DNA from: Clostridia bacterium
Lineage (GTDB): Bacteria; Bacillota; Clostridia; Oscillospirales; CAG-272
Reading direction: 5' to 3'
DNA: 64,000 nucleotides
NCBI GenBank assembly: GCA_017453245.1
Contig: JAFTKM010000008.1
Span: 19,017-83,016 of the forward strand
The notes beneath the pieces were generated by a model, which made no database searches, was not told the DNA's origin, and saw nothing but the letters and a program-made list of their open reading frames with translations. Below, one piece after another: positions 47,801-55,895 of the stretch; position 1 is the first letter of the stretch, and every line of letters begins with the position of its first letter. The position numbers and the translations under genes are program-made.

Positions 47801-48313
47801 ATGAAAAGGAACGTAAGAAGGGTCACCTCATCGACCCGTTATCTGACACGCGGAGCGCTTATTGCGGCTCTGTACGTCGGCCTCACCTACGTATCGACGG
47901 TTTTCGGCCTCTCAAGCGGAGCTATACAGTTCCGTATATCCGAGGCGCTGATCATTCTGCCGATATTTATGCCTGAGGCTATCCCCGGACTGTTTATTGG
48001 CTGTATTCTCTCGAATATAGTCAGCGGATGCGTGCTGTGGGACATTGTTTTTGGCAGTATAGCCACGCTTATCGGAGCTGTCGGCGCCTATACGCTAAGG
48101 GATCTGCCGATTAAATTCAAATGGGCGGCAACGCTGCCGAATCTTATCTCCAATATGGTTATCGTGCCGTTTGTGCTGATGTACGCATACGGAGTGGAGG
48201 GCGGCTTCTGGCTTTTATCACTGTCGGTCGGCATCGGCGAGGCGGTATGCGGAGTTATCGGAGGCTCGGCGCTCTATTATTCGGTCAAGGACCTGAGAAT
48301 TTTTAAAATATGA
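47801..48313 (+). CDS. queT: Queuosine-precursor transporter QueT (ECF S-component-like)
   Basis: MKRNVRRVTSSTRYLTRGALIAALYVGLTYV...QFRISEALIILP. Start at 47801 after AAAGGAG. The upstream part of the ORF in the track is leader sequence. Confidence 0.8.
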   Translation: MKRNVRRVTSSTRYLTRGALIAALYVGLTYVSTVFGLSSGAIQFRISEALIILPIFMPEAIPGLFIGCILSNIVSGCVLWDIVFGSIATLIGAVGAYTLRDLPIKFKWAATLPNLISNMVIVPFVLMYAYGVEGGFWLLSLSVGIGEAVCGVIGGSALYYSVKDLRIFKI

Positions 48314-48661
48314 TTCGATGTTAAAGTCGGGGCGAGGTCGTTTTCTCGCTCCGCCTTTTTCTTTTACGTGCTCATGCCTGAGAGAATAATACGAAATAGT
48401 ATTTTCTTCCCCGGCAGAGAGAGGTTGTATTCGCGTCTGTTTGTGAAGATTACACAAAACTTCTTTGCTTTTTTAGTTTGATATAAGCTTTATTTTTGCC
48501 TTTTATATAAAATGTTCAAAAAAGATATTGTATTTTGATTGTTTTTGTGTTAAAATACTATGGTAGATAATATAAACTATCAGCTTGTATGTATTTTGAA
48601 CGTATATAAATGGCGCACATCCAAAAAATAATCGGTAAAGGACCGAGAAGGACGGAAGGAC

Positions 48662-50071
48662 ATGTCGCGAAAAACAAAGCTTGATCTTTGGATAGAGAGA
48701 CTCGAACAAATATCAGCCTGCCCAAAGGATATATTCAAAACAATTGAACCGGACGAGAAGCTTTTTCTCACTATTGAAAATGCTGACAAGGGTGACGTAT
48801 GCTCTGTCAGGGAGCTCGTCCTGTCACTCTACGAAATATACAAGAATGAGGAGCAGCTTAACGCCGCGCTCTTCCACTATACAAAAAAAGGACTTGAGCT
48901 CGGTGATAAGGATTGCGCACGAATTGCGCTTAAGCTGATCTCGGGCTTCAACACCGGCTTTGAGCTTCTTGACGAGGTGTTTGCCGCGCTTGAAGGAGAG
49001 AAAAAAGACGAAAACACAGAGCGCCTGATAACGGGAGTAAGGGTAAAACGTATTATTGCGAGCGCAACGTCCGATGCCGACTATAATCAGCTCACCGATA
49101 CACTCTCCGAGATGTACGACGAGTATTCTGCCTACGCGCGCATATACCTTGCAAGCCGCAGACTTAACTACACCGGATACTATGACAAGGAGAAGGTCGA
49201 CGCGCTCGCGGCGGCTCTTGACGTGCCGAGAGTTATTACCCTACCCGTCTTTGCGGGTGAGAGATGCAACGAGTCAACCGTCTCGGTCAACAGCGTGAAG
49301 GAGCACTCAGCGCTGAGATACGCTCTCGGACTTATCGATATGGACGAGTGGCGCGACTTCTGGCTCAGAGCTATATACGAATACTCCGAGATATATCTTG
49401 ACGGCAATCTGCTGCCCTTCACAAACGAAATGCTCACGGCAATAGACGGTCGGGCGGAGTATCCGAGAAAAAATCTCCACAAGCTGGCTATCAAGAAATA
49501 TTACCTTGATCTTACCGGCGGCGGAAAGAGCGAATACACGGCTTTGGAATCCGAGTGTAAATTCTATGGCTTGGAGTTTGATATCTCGGGCGAGGCGGAG
49601 CGCGATGCCGTGATCAAGGAGGCGGTATATACCGACAGCAAGATGGAAAGAGAGCGTCACGCCGCCGCATCAATGCTCGGCACGGAAATAATCCACGCGA
49701 AGAACAGATACTCGCTCACAGCTACTGTGAAAAATCATCTGAAGCGCGGAAACAAGCATATGTGGCCGATAACTCTCTCGATACAGACGAGTCAGGACAC
49801 ACCGCCCGTTATGGGACCGATAAGAATAAGTGAAAGACGTCACGAGGTCTGCCGCGGCGGAGTTACGCTCGGGGCTGACAGAAAGCTCTCGCAGGTTTTG
49901 TGCCGCGGAGATATAGTGATAGGCGATAAGGCTCACCCCTTCGAGGTCGACCTTGTTCTCGACATTTCCTACGTCAGCTCGACAAAGTGCGAGTGGTTCG
50001 ACGTCAAGGTCAGAGAGTACAACAGAATGGGTGACTATCTGGTCATAAACGGCGCGATCTCCATATACTGA
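48662..50071 (+). CDS. Hypothetical protein (469 aa), monocistronic
   Basis: Long ORF with an AGGACGGAAGGAC RBS region, an AT-rich upstream region and a strong downstream terminator. I recognise no motif. Confidence 0.6.
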   Translation: MSRKTKLDLWIERLEQISACPKDIFKTIEPDEKLFLTIENADKGDVCSVRELVLSLYEIYKNEEQLNAALFHYTKKGLELGDKDCARIALKLISGFNTGFELLDEVFAALEGEKKDENTERLITGVRVKRIIASATSDADYNQLTDTLSEMYDEYSAYARIYLASRRLNYTGYYDKEKVDALAAALDVPRVITLPVFAGERCNESTVSVNSVKEHSALRYALGLIDMDEWRDFWLRAIYEYSEIYLDGNLLPFTNEMLTAIDGRAEYPRKNLHKLAIKKYYLDLTGGGKSEYTALESECKFYGLEFDISGEAERDAVIKEAVYTDSKMERERHAAASMLGTEIIHAKNRYSLTATVKNHLKRGNKHMWPITLSIQTSQDTPPVMGPIRISERRHEVCRGGVTLGADRKLSQVLCRGDIVIGDKAHPFEVDLVLDISYVSSTKCEWFDVKVREYNRMGDYLVINGAISIY

Positions 50072-50082
50072 TATCTATAAAT

Positions 50083-50136
50083 AAAACGCTTACAGTCGAC
50101 GGCAATGTCCGTTTTTCTGTAAGCGTTTTATTTTTA
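50083..50136. terminator. Bidirectional intrinsic terminator
   Basis: AAAACGCTTACAG / CTGTAAGCGTTTT is a 13-bp stem, followed by ATTTTTAT. Lies between convergent genes. Confidence 0.75.
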
Positions 50137-50190
50137 TCGTTTTTTTGTTTACGATCGTAAAAAAGTGATTATCTCTTATATTTGACAACT

Positions 50191-51600
50191 TTAGTTAGCC
50201 AAATACTTATGGATAGACTCCGCGGCAACCTTGCCCGCTCCCATAGCCGAGATAACGGTTGCGGCGCCTGTTACAGCGTCTCCGCCTGCGTACACGCCCT
50301 TGCGGCTGGTGAGTGCATCCTCGGAGATTATGATACCACCCCACCTGTTGACCTCAAGGCCCTCTGTGGTATCCTTGATAAGAGGGTTCGGCGAGGTGCC
50401 GATGGAAATGATGACTGTGTCAACGTCGATTTCGTGCTCCGAGCCTTTGACCTCGACAGGTCTGCGGCGGCCTCTTTCGTCGGGTTCGCCAAGCTCCATA
50501 CGGATGCACTTCATGCCCGTGACAAATCCGTTTCTCGGGTCTCTCGAGTCGTCGGTGTTATTGTAACCGAGTATCTCGGTGGGGTTGCAAAGGAGCTTGA
50601 ATTCAATGCCCTCCTCCTCTGCGTGCTCGACCTCCTCGCGTCTTGCGGGGAGCTCCTCCATAGAGCGGCGGTAGACGATATATACCTTCTCCGCGCCGAG
50701 TCTGAGAGCAGTTCTCGCAGCGTCCATAGCAACGTTTCCTCCGCCTACGACAGCGACCTTACCGCCCTTCATAATGGGGGTATCGCTACCCTCTCTGTAA
50801 GCCTTCATAAGATTGGCTCTCGTGAGGAATTCGTTAGCGGAATATACGCCCTTAAGGCTCTCACCGGGGATACCCATAAAGTTCGGAAGTCCTGCGCCCG
50901 AGCCGATAAATACAGCCTCATAGCCCATTTCGAAGAGCTCGTCTATCGTAAGCGTCTTGCCTATAATTACGTTGGTGAGGATCTCAACTCCCATAGCCTT
51001 AAGGCTCTCAACCTCCTTAGCCACGATGGACTTAGGAAGTCGGAATTCGGGTATGCCGTAGACGAGTACACCGCCCGCTGTGTGGAGCGCCTCAAATACG
51101 GTTACCGAGTAGCCGAGTCTTGCGAGGTCGCCCGCGCAGGTAAGACCGGAGGGACCTGAGCCCACTACCGCAACCTTGCGGCCGTTTTTGGGCGCGGTTA
51201 TGGGTGCTTCGGTACTGTGAGAGTTGTGCCAATCGGCAACAAAGCGCTCAAGTCTGCCGATACCGACGGGCTCGCCCTTGATACCTCTGACACACTTTGA
51301 CTCGCACTGAGTTTCCTGCGGACATACTCTGCCGCAGACTGCGGGGAGCGAGGAGCTCTCGCTGATTATCTTGTACGCGCCCTCAAAATCAAGTTCGCGT
51401 ATCTTCTCTATAAACTCGGGGATATGGATCTTTACGGGGCAACCGCCGACGCAGGGCATTGTCTTACAGCCGAGGCATCTTGCCGCCTCGTCGAGCGCCT
51501 GCTCCTCGGTGTAGCCGAGGGCTACCTCGGAAAATACCTTGCCGCGCTCGATGGGATCAAGTGTGGGCATAGGATTCTTTTTCGGTGACATATTAGCCAT
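50191..51600 (-). CDS. nfnB: NADH-dependent reduced ferredoxin:NADP oxidoreductase large subunit (NfnB; GltD/SudA-like)
   Basis: CLGCKTMPCVGGCPV (Fe-S), VAVVGSGPSGLTCAGDLAR (FAD) and VAVVGGGNVAMDAART (NADPH). I prefer the start MANMSPKK at 51600, which overlaps the upstream stop. Confidence 0.8.
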   Translation of the reverse strand: MANMSPKKNPMPTLDPIERGKVFSEVALGYTEEQALDEAARCLGCKTMPCVGGCPVKIHIPEFIEKIRELDFEGAYKIISESSSLPAVCGRVCPQETQCESKCVRGIKGEPVGIGRLERFVADWHNSHSTEAPITAPKNGRKVAVVGSGPSGLTCAGDLARLGYSVTVFEALHTAGGVLVYGIPEFRLPKSIVAKEVESLKAMGVEILTNVIIGKTLTIDELFEMGYEAVFIGSGAGLPNFMGIPGESLKGVYSANEFLTRANLMKAYREGSDTPIMKGGKVAVVGGGNVAMDAARTALRLGAEKVYIVYRRSMEELPARREEVEHAEEEGIEFKLLCNPTEILGYNNTDDSRDPRNGFVTGMKCIRMELGEPDERGRRRPVEVKGSEHEIDVDTVIISIGTSPNPLIKDTTEGLEVNRWGGIIISEDALTSRKGVYAGGDAVTGAATVISAMGAGKVAAESIHKYLAN

Positions 51601-52456
51601 TGTTCTCTGCCCCCTTCTTAAAGAGATTGCAAGCCGACTCGTAAGCGTGGCGCTCGAAGTCGCGATACATATTTCCGCGCGAGATAGCCTCGTCAAAGTC
51701 TACCTCATAGCCGTTAAAGTCAGGACCGTCAACGCAAGCAAACCTGGTAACGCGCTTGCCGTCAATATTGAGGGTGAGTCGACAGCCTCCGCACATTCCC
51801 GTGCCGTCGATCATTATGGGGTTCATCGATACGTCGCAGGGGATACCCGTAGGCCTTGTTGCCTCAGTAACAAACTTCATCATAACGAGAGGTCCGATGG
51901 TGATGACCTTATCAAAGCTTCTGCCCGATGCGAACATTTCACCAAGAGGCAGACAGACGTTACCCTCTCTTCCATACGAGCCGTCATCGGTCATAACAAT
52001 AAGCTCGTCGGACGCCGCGCGGAACTCATCCTCGAGGATAACAAGGTCCTTCAAGCGGAAGCCGATAATAGAGGTGACAGAGCATCCGAGTCTCTTTAAT
52101 TTCTCGGCAATAGGAAGCGCGATAGCGCAGCCAACGCCGCCGCCAACAATACAAACCTTCTTCAGCCCATCGGTATGAGTCGGGACTCCGAGAGGACCTG
52201 CAAAGTCGGAGAGCGAGTCGCCCTCGTTCATCTCGGCAAGCTTTTTTGTGGTCGCGCCAACCGTCTGGAATATGATTCTTACCGTTCCCGCATCTCGGTC
52301 ATAGCCCGCAACTGTGAGGGGGATTCTCTCGCCCTCGGAGTCGGTGCGAAGAATGATAAACTGTCCTGGCTCAGCCTTTCTCGCAACGAGGGGAGCCGCT
52401 ATATCCATAAGAGTCACGTAAGGATTCAGGACTCTTTTATAAACTATTTCGTACAT
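51593..52456 (-). CDS. nfnA: NfnA (PyrK/SudB-like FAD/[2Fe-2S] subunit)
   Basis: 287 aa. FIILRTDSEGERIPLTV, VGGGVGCAIALP, GTGMCGGCR. Confidence 0.8.
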   Translation of the reverse strand: MYEIVYKRVLNPYVTLMDIAAPLVARKAEPGQFIILRTDSEGERIPLTVAGYDRDAGTVRIIFQTVGATTKKLAEMNEGDSLSDFAGPLGVPTHTDGLKKVCIVGGGVGCAIALPIAEKLKRLGCSVTSIIGFRLKDLVILEDEFRAASDELIVMTDDGSYGREGNVCLPLGEMFASGRSFDKVITIGPLVMMKFVTEATRPTGIPCDVSMNPIMIDGTGMCGGCRLTLNIDGKRVTRFACVDGPDFNGYEVDFDEAISRGNMYRDFERHAYESACNLFKKGAENNG

Positions 52457-52597
52457 GATCTCTCCTAAAATATTTTATCTATTCTATTTTAGCACAACGA
52501 TATGCTTTTTGCAAGGTGGTTGGAGCTTTTTATTTATTTTGTTATACCCGTGTTCATAAAAACTCAAGCGAGAAAAATAAAAGGATTTTCGGCAAAA

Positions 52598-52636
52598 TAT
52601 AAAAGCTGTCGTGAATGACGTGCGACAGCTTTTTTG
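52598..52636. terminator. Bidirectional intrinsic terminator closing the cassette array
   Basis: AAAAGCTGTCG / CGACAGCTTTTTTG. On the minus strand it is followed by TTTTATATTTT. Confidence 0.7.
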
Positions 52637-52776
52637 TGGGTTTATGTATACTTTGATTAGCATTATGCTAAATTAAGATGATTTTGCGGCACGTGATAAC
52701 AACCGCGTTATGAGATTCATCAAAAGGAAATCTTATATTTGCTCCTCTCTGAAATCAAAACTTGTTTGTTAATTGT

Positions 52777-53124
52777 TCTATAGCACACCGGGGCGAAAAA
52801 GTAAAGGACGGTTTGATTACTCGGGGCCGCCCTGCTTTTAACCTTCCCCAGCGAAGCGAGTTGGGGAAGGGGGACCACCTTTGGTGGTGGATGAGGTTGA
52901 ATTGATGCTCACGCATCATAAATTGCACGTTGTGCATGAATTGGCTACACCATGAATTGACGGCAAAGTCGTCACTATGGTGAAGTTTTTGCCTACGGCA
53001 AAAGTGAAGTTGTGCGAAGCACAGTGAAGTTTGAGGCGTTGCCTCAAGTGAAGTTGATTTTGCTCGGTGCAAAATCAGTTATTCGGTAAGAGACCTCATG
53101 GCTTTGGCAATACAGTCGGGGTAA
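52777..53124 (-). repeat. Cassette junction repeat copy 5 (cotJC-tail mimic 53079-53117, word-hairpin array 52842-53075, promoter block 52777-52835); followed by no ORF
   Basis: The mimic encodes DCIAKAMRSLTE-stop on the minus strand. The array is parsed in the findings. TTTACT, 17 nt, TATAGA. Confidence 0.8.
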
Positions 53125-53571
53125 CTAATTATTCAATAGATGATTTATCAACTCTTCGAGTCCGTCGGAATCAACGTTATAACCCCTCTTGCCGGTTTCG
53201 CTTTCTTCTGTTGCTTTATCCACCCACCCCGAATATGAAAATTGTAGCTCATACGTGGGGTAATAAAAAACAAGAACATTCTCTCTAGGCCAGTTTGGCT
53301 CCATAACTATCAGTTTTTCAAATTTCATATTAGCTATTTCTGATATTGCATAATCACATTCTTCGGCACTTAATGTTTTGACAATTTCGGTATTGAATTG
53401 ATATTCCGGTTCATAAATAGTAGAATAAGTGACAATCTCCGCCTTTACTAAATCGGCGCTTAATTCATCGTAAGTATAAGTTACGTAAGAGCCTGTACAT
53501 GATGCTGTGTTGAATAAAACGCAAAATACAATAAGCAAAACTAGTACGCACTTCACATTGTTATTATTCAT
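53125..53571 (-). CDS. Cassette D cargo: small lipoprotein (148 aa), hypothetical
   Basis: MNNNNVKCVLVLLIVFCVLFNTASCTGS (signal plus Cys). GGAGG lies 8 nt upstream of the ATG at 53571. AT-rich. Confidence 0.7.
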   Translation of the reverse strand: MNNNNVKCVLVLLIVFCVLFNTASCTGSYVTYTYDELSADLVKAEIVTYSTIYEPEYQFNTEIVKTLSAEECDYAISEIANMKFEKLIVMEPNWPRENVLVFYYPTYELQFSYSGWVDKATEESETGKRGYNVDSDGLEELINHLLNN

Positions 53572-53915
53572 AGTTGTTCCCTCCATAAAAAACTTATAGA
53601 ATGATGCCACATTTATTATACCACACTCACACGAAAAAGTAAAGGACGATTTGATTTCTCAAACCGCCCTATATGATGAATTGATGCTCACGCATCATGA
53701 ATTGCACGATGCGCATGAATTGGCTACGCCATGAATTGACGGCAGAGCCGTCACTATGGTGAAGTTTTTGCCTATGGCAAAAGTGAAGTTGTGCGAAGCA
53801 CAGTGAAGTTTGAGGCGTTGCCTCAAGTGAAGTTGCTTTTGCTTCTTGCAAAATCAGTTATTCGGTAAGAGACCTCGTAGCTTCGGTAATACAGTCAACA
53901 TAAAGCATTATTCAA
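53572..53915 (-). repeat. Cassette junction repeat copy 4 (mimic 53858-53896, array 53676-53855, promoter 53615-53643)
   Basis: The mimic encodes DCITEATRSLTE-stop. Promoter is TTTACT, 17 nt, TGgTATAAT. Confidence 0.85.
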
Positions 53916-54773
53916 TCACTTTAATTTTTCTTTACAATAACGCAAAAGCTCTTTGGTTAAGCAACAGAACGATTCACCTTTCACCTGTACCTTTCCATTG
54001 GAATCTATGAACTCACAACAAAATTCAATATAGTAGCACAACTTTATACTATTATCCAACAGGACTCTAATTGGTGAGCCAATTTGGACAAGTTCTTTTT
54101 TTCTCCAAAGATTTCGGTCAATGAAAATGCCTTTATCATCATAGTCAGAATTACTCGCAATTTGCTCTAATGGCTCAAATGAGAAGTATATTCCAAGATA
54201 TGTTGAATTTTCATTAGATAAAAACATTGTGAGTTCTACAAAATCAACTTGCTTAAAGCATCTTTTCCCAAATTCATTCCAATACCAAAGATATATTAAC
54301 AGTTGCTTTTGGGAAAGAAATTCAGTCAATCCAGATAAATCTTCTTTTTCCCAAAATCCACCGATCGTATATGTTTTGTATTTTATTTTTGGTTGTTCGC
54401 AATAAGTAATTGCCTGTTCAAACAACTGTGACGAGGGCGAATAATCAATATCAATTCTGCCAAATGTTTTGGTCTTGCCACATTCCGTGCATTGTGAGAC
54501 AAGCTCAACGGAAATAAAATCATCTGTTTCTTTTCTTCGCAGGTAATCAAAACGAACCTTAAAGAAATCATTTTTACAGGAACACTTTTGCTTGCTTGGA
54601 TGCTTTTCTTGAATTAAATCATACCAATATTCTTTACTATCAAGAATAAAATAGGATTTATCAGAACGAGATATAAGAATACCTGCATTTTCATCACGAA
54701 TATATCTGATTTGAAACTCATCTTCTCCTATAGATGACACAATTTCTTTTTGTATTTTTCTTTCGTCAAGCAT
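53916..54773 (-). CDS. Cassette C cargo: hypothetical protein (285 aa) with a CxC...CxxC putative zinc-ribbon
   Basis: KQKCSCKNDFF...SQCTECGKTK. AAAGGAA RBS. A hand count of one 60-nt line (54001-54060) gives 17 G+C. Confidence 0.7.
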   Translation of the reverse strand: MLDERKIQKEIVSSIGEDEFQIRYIRDENAGILISRSDKSYFILDSKEYWYDLIQEKHPSKQKCSCKNDFFKVRFDYLRRKETDDFISVELVSQCTECGKTKTFGRIDIDYSPSSQLFEQAITYCEQPKIKYKTYTIGGFWEKEDLSGLTEFLSQKQLLIYLWYWNEFGKRCFKQVDFVELTMFLSNENSTYLGIYFSFEPLEQIASNSDYDDKGIFIDRNLWRKKELVQIGSPIRVLLDNSIKLCYYIEFCCEFIDSNGKVQVKGESFCCLTKELLRYCKEKLK

Positions 54774-55018
54774 ATGGCAATTCCTTTCTTTTGTTATACA
54801 ATGTCAAACGATGAATTGAGCCGTTGGCTCATGAATTGCACAAAGTGCATGAATTGGCTACGCCATGAATTGACGGCTATGCCGTCGTTGTGGACACCTC
54901 ATCCACCACTTCGCGGTCGACCCCCTTCTCCCACTGGAGAAGGCTGAGGTTATTCGGTCAAAGACCTCATAGCTTCGGCAATACAGTCAGAGTGAAGTAT
55001 TCTTTTTAAATACGGTTC
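54774..55018 (-). repeat. Cassette junction repeat copy 3 (mimic 54950-54988, short array 54808-54949); lacks the conserved promoter block
   Basis: The mimic encodes DCIAEAMRSLTE-stop. About 55 nt (CCTTCTCCCACTGGAGAAGG hairpin through CATAGCTTCG) is near-identical to the true cotJC end at 57021-57075. Confidence 0.85.
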
Positions 55019-55522
55019 TCATTTGCCACAACAGCTATTACAAGCACTATCGGGTTCTTTACAATGATACCAACAATAATCCTGGCTAATTCGAGACGCA
55101 TATTTTGAAGCCTGAATTTCAAGAGAACGATTGTTTTTTTCCTTATCATCATAAAAATACCATTGAAAATAATGTGTCAGTTCATGACTTAGCGAATCGT
55201 ATATTTGGCATAAGCTTTGTTGCGTAGGAATGTATATCTGCGGATATGCTCGTTCGCCACTTTCATGATTTGAGAAAAACATCCCATAGCTATATCCCCC
55301 TTTGTGCTTACGAAATTTTTCTTGATTGCAAAAATAAACATTACATCTTATCGGGAAGTAAAATTCTTTTCTTAAATAGCGTACAAAATTACATATACAT
55401 TTCTTGGTTTTAGGGTCAATGTCTGATGCAAAATGAAGAGAAAGATTTGATTTAGGTGCTGAATCTGCATAAAATGCCAAGTTTTCCTCTGTTTTTGTTA
55501 CCCACAAAAAGTTATTTGCCAT
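55019..55522 (-). CDS. Cassette B cargo: hypothetical HExxH protein (167 aa), possible small zinc metallopeptidase, Cys-rich C-terminus
   Basis: LSHELTHYFQW and C-terminal CWYHCKEPDSACNSCCGK. ATG at 55522 has GGAGGT 8 nt upstream. Confidence 0.7.
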   Translation of the reverse strand: MANNFLWVTKTEENLAFYADSAPKSNLSLHFASDIDPKTKKCICNFVRYLRKEFYFPIRCNVYFCNQEKFRKHKGGYSYGMFFSNHESGERAYPQIYIPTQQSLCQIYDSLSHELTHYFQWYFYDDKEKNNRSLEIQASKYASRISQDYCWYHCKEPDSACNSCCGK

Positions 55523-55895
55523 TTTTAAGCACCTCCATTTCAAATCGACTCTATGATAATTATACCACACACCTACCAAAAAGTAAAGGACGATTTGATC
55601 TCTAAACCGCCCTATTGAATGAATTGAGCCGTTGGCTCATGAATTGCACGTTGTGCATGAATTGGCTACGCCATGAATTGACGGCTATGCCGGCGTTGTG
55701 GACACCTCACCCACCGTCTGCGACGTCCCCCCTCCCCAAAGGGGAGTGTAAATGCCACCTTCGCAAAGCGAAGATTTCATCGCTTTAGCGATTTCATCCG
55801 ACCTCGTCGGATTTATTTCGTCTTGGACGGATTTAATTGCGAAGCCTACTCCGTAAGGCTTCGCATGGCTTCGCCAATGCAGTCGACATGAAGTA
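55523..55895 (-). repeat. Cassette junction repeat copy 2 (recoded mimic 55846-55884, array 55616-55845 with ATTTCAT-type words, promoter 55559-55587)
   Basis: The mimic encodes VDCIGEAMRSLTE-stop with different codons for RSLTE-stop. Promoter is TTTACT, 17 nt, TGgTATAAT. Confidence 0.85.

Noticed and set aside
52755-53072. ORFs running through the junction repeats (52755-53072, 53669-53851, 54750-54947, 56829-57020) with similar peptides (..SLEATPQTSLCFAQLHFC..)
   Set aside because: Their similarity is a by-product of the nucleotide repeat. They have no RBS. They are interrupted differently in each copy, and the variation pattern (loops free, stems compensatory) is structural, not codon-based.
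54950-55021. Possible stop-codon readthrough. The TGA of cassette B's ORF is in frame with the downstream cotJC-tail mimic (23 codons to TAA)
   Set aside because: The other three cassettes have the mimic out of frame (offsets of 50, 58 and 46 nt), so the single in-frame case is most simply coincidence.
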